This document shows positions 8,020 to 14,434 of a stretch of DNA of 14,434 bases, one piece after another (position 1 is the first letter of the stretch; the number at the start of each line of letters is the position of its first letter). The position numbers were made by a program, and so were the translations under genes. Under the pieces are notes generated by a model, which had not been told where the DNA came from, made no database searches, and worked only from the letters and a program-made list of their open reading frames with translations. This DNA is from Armatimonadota bacterium (lineage in GTDB: Bacteria > Sysuimicrobiota > Sysuimicrobiia > Sysuimicrobiales > Humicultoraceae), in NCBI GenBank assembly GCA_052386995.1, contig JBQTJP010000249.1, positions 1-14,434 of the forward strand. Direction: 5' to 3'.

Positions 8020-9755
8020 CGGCATCCTTGAAGCGATCTCTAGGCACGGCAACAGAGGCTCCCGCCCTTGCGGCCGCCCTGGATGCCTTCTTTTCCTGGT
8101 ACTATCGCACGCACCCCGTCAGCGCCACGTTTATCGGCGTCCACGATCACGACGGCCGGCTGCCGGACTACTCGGAGCAGGGGGTTGGTGACGCGCTGGC
8201 GGGGATCGACGCGCTGCAGGTGCGCTTTCGCACGCTCCCCCGCGAGCCGCTGACGGACGCGGAAGCCCTGGACCGGCGTCTGATCGAAGGGATGCTAGAA
8301 GTCTACCGCTGGGAGCTCACCTCCAACCACTTTCATCGTGCGAACCCCTGTCTTTATACGGGGGAGGCCGTCTTCGGTATTATCGGCCTTTTCCTCCGGC
8401 CATTTGCGCCCATGCAGACGCGCGCCGCCGCGGCCGTCGAGCGCATGTGGGGAATCCCGATGCTTCTCGCGCACGGCCGCGAGACCATCGGCCGGGCTCC
8501 CCGCGTCTGGATCGAACGTGCCATCCGGGACTGCATCGGTGCTCGCGCGTTCTTCGAGCGCGGAATCGAGATCCTGATCCGGGACGAGGGCGTTCGGAAT
8601 TCGCAAGTGCGCCCCGCCGCGGCCGTTGCCGCGGCCGCGTTCCGTGACTTTCAGACACACCTGGAGTCCGGCACGCCCGCTCATCCCACCGGTGATCACG
8701 CCTGTGGCGGTGAGGCCTTAGACCTGCTTCTTCGCCGCGGTCACTTTCTCGAGTGGGATGCCGCGGCAGTGGGTGCTCTGGCGCAGGAGCGCATGAGCGC
8801 CGCGGAGGGAGAACTGCAGGCGCGCGCCGCGGAGGCCGGCGTGCCCTCCTGGCGTCAGGCCCTCGCAGAGCTGGCTGATCGGCACCCGCGCGTCGAACAG
8901 TACTACGCGCGGTATGCGGACGTGTGGCAGGCGTCACGTCGGGCCGCGGAAGGCCACGGCCTGCTGACCTGGCCAGAGTACCCGCTCCGCTACGTGCCAC
9001 AGCCGGCGTGGGCGCGGGAGGCCGCGCCGTCGTTGTACTTCCTCTTCTATCGCGCGCCCGCGGCGTTCGACAACGTCCCGACCGTTGACTACCTGGTCAC
9101 GCCCATCGAGGCCGACATACCGCCTGCGGAACAAGACCGGCGTCTTCGCGCCACAAACGACAGCGTCATCAAGCTCAACCACGTGCTTCACCACGGCGGC
9201 ATCGGCCATCACGTGCAGAACTGGCATGCCTACCGGGCGCGCTCGCGAATCGGGCGGGTGGCGGCCGTCGATTGCGCCAGCCGCATCGCAATGTTCTGCG
9301 GGGGCACGATGGCGGAAGGATGGGCTTGCTACGCCACGGACCTCATGGAAGAGATCGGCTTCCTCGAGCCGCTCGAGCGCGTGGCGCAGGCTCACTCACG
9401 CCTTCGGATAGCCGCCCGGGCGGTAGCCGACGTGCGCCTGCACACCGGCACATGGACGCTGGAAGACACCGTCGCCTGCTACCGGGATAGGATCGGCATG
9501 TCTCCCGAAGCCGCGCACGCCGAAGCGGTGAAGAACAGCATGTACCCGGGCACAGCTCTGATGTATCTGATGGGAACGCACCTCATCCACCAGTTGCGGG
9601 GAGCGCTGGCGGCCCATCGGCCGGGCTTTGACCTCCGCCGGTTTCACGACAGATTCCTGTCATTTGGCTCTGTGCCGGTCGCGCTGATCAGCGCGGCGAT
9701 GCGGGCAGAGGGTCCATCGCTCGATGCCGTAATCGGGATCCCGCCTCGCGCCTGA
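8016..9755 (+). CDS. DUF885 family protein (metallopeptidase-like)
   Basis: P..ATFIG.HDHD.RLPD.S N-terminus, GHHVQ, EGWA.YA..LM.E.GF, RIAARAVADV.LH, PG.AL.YL.G...I..LR, FDLRRFHD.FL.FGS.P. Probable TTG start at 8016 overlaps the upstream TGA. Confidence 0.88.
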   Translation: MTASLKRSLGTATEAPALAAALDAFFSWYYRTHPVSATFIGVHDHDGRLPDYSEQGVGDALAGIDALQVRFRTLPREPLTDAEALDRRLIEGMLEVYRWELTSNHFHRANPCLYTGEAVFGIIGLFLRPFAPMQTRAAAAVERMWGIPMLLAHGRETIGRAPRVWIERAIRDCIGARAFFERGIEILIRDEGVRNSQVRPAAAVAAAAFRDFQTHLESGTPAHPTGDHACGGEALDLLLRRGHFLEWDAAAVGALAQERMSAAEGELQARAAEAGVPSWRQALAELADRHPRVEQYYARYADVWQASRRAAEGHGLLTWPEYPLRYVPQPAWAREAAPSLYFLFYRAPAAFDNVPTVDYLVTPIEADIPPAEQDRRLRATNDSVIKLNHVLHHGGIGHHVQNWHAYRARSRIGRVAAVDCASRIAMFCGGTMAEGWACYATDLMEEIGFLEPLERVAQAHSRLRIAARAVADVRLHTGTWTLEDTVACYRDRIGMSPEAAHAEAVKNSMYPGTALMYLMGTHLIHQLRGALAAHRPGFDLRRFHDRFLSFGSVPVALISAAMRAEGPSLDAVIGIPPRA

Positions 9756-9769
9756 CGCGTATAGGCCCT

Positions 9770-9799
9770 TTGGAAGGGCAAACACCGGTTTCGTATAAA
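9770..9799 (+). promoter_or_regulatory. Possible sigma70-type promoter for the CHRD gene
   Basis: TTGGAA (9770-9775), 18-nt spacer, TATAAA (9794-9799) in an AT-rich intergenic patch. Confidence 0.3.
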
Positions 9800-9825
9800 C
9801 TGATTGGCTGAGAGAGGTGCGGCTT

Positions 9826-10593
9826 ATGCCTGCAAGGTTACCCGTGCGCGTATTGACCGCGCTTGTGCTGGCGGCGTTTTTGTTCGCAGGATACGGACTG
9901 GAAGCGGCCATCCCGGCCCCGACACCGCCGAGCCCGCCCGCGCCCCCGGGTCCCAGGCCGACACCGGGCCCAACGGCGACCCCGGGTCCGCCGAGACGAC
10001 CGCCGACGCCGGGACCATCGCCTGCCCCAACGCGGACGCCGGCTCCATCGCCCACGGGGGCTCCGTCGCCTACCGCCACGCCGCCTGTCACCCCCACCAC
10101 TCCATCGTCGCCCGCGTCACCCGGAGCGTCACCATCACCGGGCGCGGGACCTTCCCCGGCGCCGTCGCCGACCGTGAGTCCCCCGGGGGCCATGGTGGTT
10201 CCAATCACGATCACGCTGGCACAGGAAGTGCCGCCTCCAAGACCGGAAACACCTCGGAGTGGAACCGGGATGGGTGCAATTGTCATCAACGCCGCGGCCA
10301 GTGAGATCGCCTTCGCCTTCACCTACAGCGCACTGAGCGGACAACTCGTCTCGGCGCACTTTCACCGTGGAGCGCCGGGGCAGGCGGGTCCGATCGTGCA
10401 GACTATCTGTGGCGACCCTGTGCCTGCACTCGTCGGTGCGTGCCCGCAGGGCAACAGCGGAACGCTCGGGGGAGTCTGGAAGATCCCCCTACAGATCGCC
10501 GTGGACCTTCAGGCGGGCCGGCTCTACGTCAACTTCCACACGGCGCTCAATCCCGGGGGCGAGATCCGAGGCCAGATTCAACTCCCGAGGTAG
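9826..10593 (+). CDS. Secreted CHRD-domain protein with long Pro/Thr/Ser-rich linker
   Basis: Signal peptide (VLTALVLAAFLFAGYGLEA), ~90-aa PT/PS-rich tract, then CHRD motifs AQEVPP, AHFH.GAPGQAGPIV and L.AG.LYVNFHT..NP.GEIRGQI. ATG at 9826 follows AGAGAGGT. Confidence 0.9.
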   Translation: MPARLPVRVLTALVLAAFLFAGYGLEAAIPAPTPPSPPAPPGPRPTPGPTATPGPPRRPPTPGPSPAPTRTPAPSPTGAPSPTATPPVTPTTPSSPASPGASPSPGAGPSPAPSPTVSPPGAMVVPITITLAQEVPPPRPETPRSGTGMGAIVINAAASEIAFAFTYSALSGQLVSAHFHRGAPGQAGPIVQTICGDPVPALVGACPQGNSGTLGGVWKIPLQIAVDLQAGRLYVNFHTALNPGGEIRGQIQLPR

Positions 10594-10624
10594 TGCCCGG
10601 TGAGGTGCGTTTCTAACTCCATGA

Positions 10625-10670
10625 GGAGGGCGCATTCGGCAAACCCGACTCAGAGTCCGCTGCGCCCTCC
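10625..10670. other. Inverted repeat / stem-loop between convergent CHRD and cyclase genes
   Basis: GGAGGGCGCA (10625-10634) / TGCGCCCTCC (10661-10670) perfect 10-bp stem enclosing 26 nt. Confidence 0.55.
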
Positions 10671-10728
10671 ATGTCCGGGGCGACATCGAACCACTAATAT
10701 CACCAAAAAGAGAGAACAGTCTGATTCG

Positions 10729-11898
10729 TCAGGGTGCGGCCCCTGTCTGAGGCCGTGGGAATCTGGCGCGCAGGCCGTCCGCCTGGACCTGGAAGAGCGC
10801 CTCGGCGCCGGCAAGACCGGGCAGGTGGTGTCGACCCAGGCTGCGGAAGCGGATCCCGGTCGGTGCCGATCGCCCGAATGCCGCCCTTGTTTCGCCGGAA
10901 ATGACGATCTGCCCGCCGTGGGCCGCCGCGCAGACGCGAGCCGCGGTGTGGACGGCGAGACCGATGTACCCGACATCGGTGAGGGTGGGCCGGCCGCTAT
11001 GGATCCCGACGCGAACCCGCACCTTCGAGTCGTCGGGCCGGACCCGCTTGGCGAGCGCACGCTGAATGGCTGCTGCCGCCCCGACGGCGTCGACCGCGCG
11101 TTCGAACACGGCGAAGAACTCGTCGGCGCGGGCGTCGATCTCGCGCCCGCCGGCTCGCGACACCGCTGCGCGAAGGATCCCTCGGACGTCGTTCAGCAGA
11201 TCGCCATACCGGTCGCCCAACCGATGGAGCAGTGCGGTGGAATCCTCGATATCGGTCATCAGGAGGGTGACGAACCCCGTCGGGAGCGCCGCAGCATCGG
11301 TTGCTGTGGCCTTCACCTCACCGTACGCACGGTCGTTCTCGACGACGAAGCGGACAGCGGCCAGCACGGTCTCTGCCAGATCCGGATCGTCGAGAACCGC
11401 CGGATCGTGCACGAGCGCGGTCATGGGCCGACCGTGGCGCTCGAGATAGGTTACTACGCGCGGGTCCTCGTCTGCGGGGAGCGGGACCGGCTGGCCCGTG
11501 CCGTCCAGGTACGCCCCGAACGCGTCCGACCAATGCAGGACGGCGAGGGTCGGGTCCCGCAGGACGCTTCGCAGACGCTGTTCGAGTTCGCCAGGTGCCC
11601 CGTGCCGGCCAAGCTCGATCACGAGGCGACCGGCCGTCGCGTGCTTCCGCTCTGATTGCAACTGGCCGGTGATAAATCCGATGGGCACAATGCCGTACTT
11701 CTTTGCCGCGTTCAGCAGCCGCTTGCGCGCGCGCTCACGGGCAGCATCGTTTTCGAAGGCGACCTGATTGAACCGGGCGAGCGCGTTCCGCACATGCGCC
11801 ACGTCGTGGATCGGCAGCCGCCTCCGGCCGCGAGAATCCACGTAGGCGAAGGCGCTCTTCGGGAGACTGGCCCGCTTCTTCGCGCTGAGCGTCGGCAT
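10729..11898 (-). CDS. Class III adenylate/guanylate cyclase-domain protein with N-terminal DUF6582-like domain and a sensor-kinase-type middle domain, 389 aa
   Basis: C-terminal LPTGFVTLLMTDIEDST, ADEFFAVF, VRVGIHSG, YIGLAVHTAARV...AHGGQIVIS, LG.H.L.GL. N-terminal LP.SAFAY......RLPIHD.AHVRNALARFNQV. ATG at 11898. Confidence 0.9.
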   Translation of the reverse strand: MPTLSAKKRASLPKSAFAYVDSRGRRRLPIHDVAHVRNALARFNQVAFENDAARERARKRLLNAAKKYGIVPIGFITGQLQSERKHATAGRLVIELGRHGAPGELEQRLRSVLRDPTLAVLHWSDAFGAYLDGTGQPVPLPADEDPRVVTYLERHGRPMTALVHDPAVLDDPDLAETVLAAVRFVVENDRAYGEVKATATDAAALPTGFVTLLMTDIEDSTALLHRLGDRYGDLLNDVRGILRAAVSRAGGREIDARADEFFAVFERAVDAVGAAAAIQRALAKRVRPDDSKVRVRVGIHSGRPTLTDVGYIGLAVHTAARVCAAAHGGQIVISGETRAAFGRSAPTGIRFRSLGRHHLPGLAGAEALFQVQADGLRARFPRPQTGAAP

Positions 11899-12066
11899 GC
11901 CCCAACAATAACCCTCTGCCCCCCATCCTTGCCAGACCTTCCGACGCCACTGCACACTCGTGAGTACCGCGTCGTGAGAGGAAAATCGACGCGGCCACCC
12001 GTACTATCGCAAGGCCTGGTGCGGTTCCCGATCATCAGCCGATGAAACGAAAGGACCAAAGCGACG

Positions 12067-12900
12067 ATGCTACAAAGGGATAGGGTTGCCCTCGTGACCG
12101 GCGCGGCGCGCGGCCTGGGATGGGGAATCGCCCGGGCGTTCGGCATCGCGGGTGCGAGGGTGTGCGTGACAGACATGAGCGACGACGAACTTGCCCGCTG
12201 CGCTCGAGACCTTGCCGCCGACGGCACAGACTTTCAGACGTACCGCTCCGATGTTGCCGATCTCGCCGAGTGCAAGAGCGTGGTGAAGAGAATCGTAGAC
12301 CGGTGGGGACGGTTGGATGTGGTAGTGCATAACGCGATTTACATGCCGCTGATCACGTTTGAAGCAACCACGCCGCAAGAATGGTCCCGTCAGCTCAGTG
12401 TCGGCATCGGCGGACTATTCAATTGCACGTCCGCCGTCTGGAATCAAATGAAAGCGCAACGCGGCGGCCACATCATCGGCATCGCAAGTGGCTCTAGTAT
12501 TCGCGGCTACAAAGAGGAGATCGCCTACTGCACGATCAAGCACGGAATCGAAGGATTTGTCAAAGCGCTGTCGCTCGAAGCCAGGCCATATAACATCGCG
12601 CTCAATACGATCGGTCCGGGCACCCGCATCAAGCCGACACGAATGACCTGGGCAGAGTACGACCGAGCGCCGGCGGAACAAAGGGCGAGTTGGGCGGATC
12701 CGGTCGAGCTCGGCAGAGCATGGGTCTGGCTCGCCGCACAGCCACCCAGCCGGTTCAGCGGCTATCGCTTCGACGCGGCGACTCTTGTCCAGACCATCGC
12801 GCGGGAGGGCGACGACTTTGAATTCGCGATCGAAAAGGTCACGCTCTATCCGGACGATTTTCGGGCACGCCAGCAATGGTACGGTAGCTATGCAGACTAG
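12067..12900 (+). CDS. SDR family NAD(P)-dependent oxidoreductase
   Basis: VALVTGAARGLG (TGxxxGxG), GRLDVVVHNA, IASGS, catalytic YCTIK, N.IGPG. AAAGGA RBS upstream. Confidence 0.93.
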   Translation: MLQRDRVALVTGAARGLGWGIARAFGIAGARVCVTDMSDDELARCARDLAADGTDFQTYRSDVADLAECKSVVKRIVDRWGRLDVVVHNAIYMPLITFEATTPQEWSRQLSVGIGGLFNCTSAVWNQMKAQRGGHIIGIASGSSIRGYKEEIAYCTIKHGIEGFVKALSLEARPYNIALNTIGPGTRIKPTRMTWAEYDRAPAEQRASWADPVELGRAWVWLAAQPPSRFSGYRFDAATLVQTIAREGDDFEFAIEKVTLYPDDFRARQQWYGSYAD

Positions 12901-12921
12901 AGAAACGCGGAGAGTCTCATT

Positions 12922-13857
12922 TTGAGAACGATCTATGAATCATTGAGATGGAACGAAGTCCAGATAACTGCCCACGCCGCGGCCCAGCACATCCCGCTCA
13001 GATATGGCGAAGCCGGTACAGGCGGCACGCGTGCGACTCTCATCGCCGGGACACACGGTGACGAAGGGCCCTGGTCCGCTCTGGCGATCAAGATGCTCTG
13101 CCGGCACCCCTTTGCGACGCTCACAGGACGCCTGCGCGTGATCTTTACCGCCAATGCTCTCGCAGCCGAGGTCGAGCGCCGCAATTCCTGGATCGATTCT
13201 CCAAACTCTGTCGACCTGGACAGCGTATTCCCAGGCAAGGAAGAAGGCTCGCACACCGAACGCCTCGCGGGATCCCTCGCCCCGTTGATCGCCGACAGCG
13301 GCGTGGTCATCGACCTTCATGGCGGCGGCACGTGGTGCGTCAACGCGTTCGTCAAACGCTTCGAAGGCTCCGAACAGCTTGCCACCGATCTCGGTGCGCC
13401 CTTTATCAGCAATGCTCCCAACAAGCCTGGCGGTCTGACCACCTACGCCCGCTCACTGGGAATCAAAGTCGCGAATGTTGAAGTTGGCGGGCGTTCGAGC
13501 AAGGAAATGTACTGGACCGAGCGCATTGCCACAGGTCTCGAGCGCGCGCTCTTTAACCTCGGCGTCCTCGCACTCGACACGCCACCCGCTCCGGCTGCGA
13601 AAGCCATCGACGTGAGCGCGACGGAAGCCATGCGCGCCAAAGTGGGTGGGATTTTCGTGCCCACCTTGCGCGAAGATGCCGTTGGCACCATCGTCCCAAC
13701 GGGAACCGAGATGGGCAAAATACTCGATCTGCACACCCTTGCCGAGTTACAGGTCTTCACCGCTGCCTACGAACAGACCGCCATGATGCTCATGCGCCCC
13801 CAAATCTGCACCATTGAGGGCTCAGCCCTGGTGTATGTCATTGCAAAACCGGTATAG
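12922..13857 (+). CDS. Succinylglutamate desuccinylase/aspartoacylase (M14-like) family protein
   Basis: AGTHGDE (HxxE), VFPG...GS.TERLA, VIDLHGG, VEVGG, and a C-terminal hybrid-barrel segment. TTG start with GGAGAG RBS, 21 nt after the SDR stop. Confidence 0.87.
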   Translation: MRTIYESLRWNEVQITAHAAAQHIPLRYGEAGTGGTRATLIAGTHGDEGPWSALAIKMLCRHPFATLTGRLRVIFTANALAAEVERRNSWIDSPNSVDLDSVFPGKEEGSHTERLAGSLAPLIADSGVVIDLHGGGTWCVNAFVKRFEGSEQLATDLGAPFISNAPNKPGGLTTYARSLGIKVANVEVGGRSSKEMYWTERIATGLERALFNLGVLALDTPPAPAAKAIDVSATEAMRAKVGGIFVPTLREDAVGTIVPTGTEMGKILDLHTLAELQVFTAAYEQTAMMLMRPQICTIEGSALVYVIAKPV

Positions 13858-13864
13858 GTATACT

Positions 13865-13957
13865 CTCGTAAAGCACTGGAGTATCGGGGACCAGCTGAGC
13901 ATGATGCAGCAGCTCGGACTTGTCTCGGCACCGAACCTTGTCGGGGCACGGAACTAG
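13865..13957 (+). pseudogene. C-terminal remnant of a SnoaL-like ester cyclase gene
   Basis: Frame 13865 reads LVKHWSIGDQLSMMQQLGLVSAPNLVGARN*, matching the typical ester-cyclase ending (KIVEHW...D.L.MMQQLG). The 5' part is absent. Confidence 0.7.
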
Positions 13958-14037
13958 GAGATCGGACCAGGTAGGATCTGCGGGTAAGGGCCAAGAACTC
14001 AGACCGCAAGCGTAAGGAACTGCGGCCGAAGGTCACT

Positions 14038-14074
14038 GGGACGTAGGGATCGACCTCCTACGTCCCTGCTCTTT
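14038..14074 (+). terminator. Probable intrinsic terminator
   Basis: GGGACGTAGG (14038-14047) / CCTACGTCCC (14057-14066) perfect 10-bp stem followed by TGCTCTTT. Confidence 0.6.
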
Positions 14075-14127
14075 GCCCGGCTGCCATATCAACGCCCGTT
14101 CGTGTACTACGAGTTCAACCAGTCTTG

Positions 14128-14149
14128 TGCTATGCTTCCACTTTGAGGT
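14128..14149 (+). promoter_or_regulatory. Possible extended -10 promoter and RBS of the Crp/Fnr relic
   Basis: TGC-TATGCT (14128-14136) and GAGGT (14145-14149) precede ATG 14156. Confidence 0.35.
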
Positions 14150-14155
14150 CAACGT

Positions 14156-14295
14156 ATGAGAAGCCGTATGCGAAGTAAGAAACCCGTGCGGTTCGATCTC
14201 AAGGCCTTCCTCGCAAGCGGCGGAAACGGACGAACCATTACAACGGTGAATTGCGGGTTCACGGTTCACTCCTGAATATCGTCCTCCACGACTAA
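14156..14295 (+). pseudogene. Internally deleted Crp/Fnr-family transcriptional regulator gene
   Basis: 14156-14239 encodes MRSRMRSKKPVRFDLKAFLASGGNGRTI. In a different frame, 14239-14295 encodes YNGELRVHGSLLNIVLHD*. These resemble the N-terminus (FDxKxFLA..G.GRTI) and C-terminus (YNG.L.VHSSLLNVVLHD) of one recognisable Crp/Fnr subfamily. Confidence 0.75.
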
Positions 14296-14434
14296 AATCG
14301 CGGTGGTAACCGTGAGCACGACTGAGGTCTGTCCGACCCGACCACTCTAACGGGACGTGGACGGACCTTCCACCTTGTGCTTGCGGACGATACGTGAGAC
14401 ACTGGATGGGCATCGCAGAATCAGTCTAGGGTCT

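Noticed and set aside
9913..10190. Repetitive DNA suggestive of a repeat array or CRISPR
   Set aside because: The repetition comes from Pro/Thr/Ser codons; there are no fixed-length repeats with spacers.
10637..10660. GGCAAACC, suggesting a c-di-GMP-I riboswitch (similar GGGCAAAC at 9776)
   Set aside because: Lacks the GNRA-capped P2 and the following GCAAAGC; 10637 is also not in a 5' leader.
10600..11655. 351-aa + strand ORF
   Set aside because: Antisense shadow of the cyclase gene with no recognisable motifs.
11960..12020. GTG AGT ACC ... GAG GAA AAT CGA as the possible missing ester cyclase N-terminus
   Set aside because: The match is only a few residues and is interrupted by a stop; it cannot be distinguished from chance.
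14033..14413. 126-aa minus-strand ORF
   Set aside because: No motifs, and the + strand is better explained by the Crp/Fnr relic and terminator.
14424..14434. CTAGGGTCT at the window edge as a possible IS end with CTAG target
   Set aside because: Too short and truncated by the window; no transposase is visible.

Overview
High-GC bacterial chromosomal segment; the F420-type genes suggest an F420-using lineage, but taxonomy cannot be fixed from the sequence alone. It holds about 15 intact genes: cold-shock protein, stand-alone cNMP-binding protein, an HtrA-like protease / PPOX-class F420 enzyme / LLM oxidoreductase cluster, M20 peptidase, cupin, a short secreted DUF6531-YD(RHS)-repeat protein with a small upstream ORF, a coupled Gfo/Idh/MocA + DUF885 pair, a Pro-rich CHRD protein, a three-domain class III nucleotide cyclase, an SDR and an AstE/AspA-family hydrolase. 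The right end (from ~12050) looks lower in GC and contains two gene relics that the ORF track misses: the C-terminus of a SnoaL-like ester cyclase, and a Crp/Fnr-family gene whose first 28 and last 18 codons are fused by a large internal deletion. The best novelty candidates are the DUF6582-like/sensor-kinase-linker/cyclase fusion with non-canonical specificity residues, the toxin-less mini-RHS protein, and the Gfo/DUF885 pair with altered active-site motifs. No rRNA, tRNA, CRISPR array or intact mobile element was seen. All family calls come from motif recognition, not database searches.
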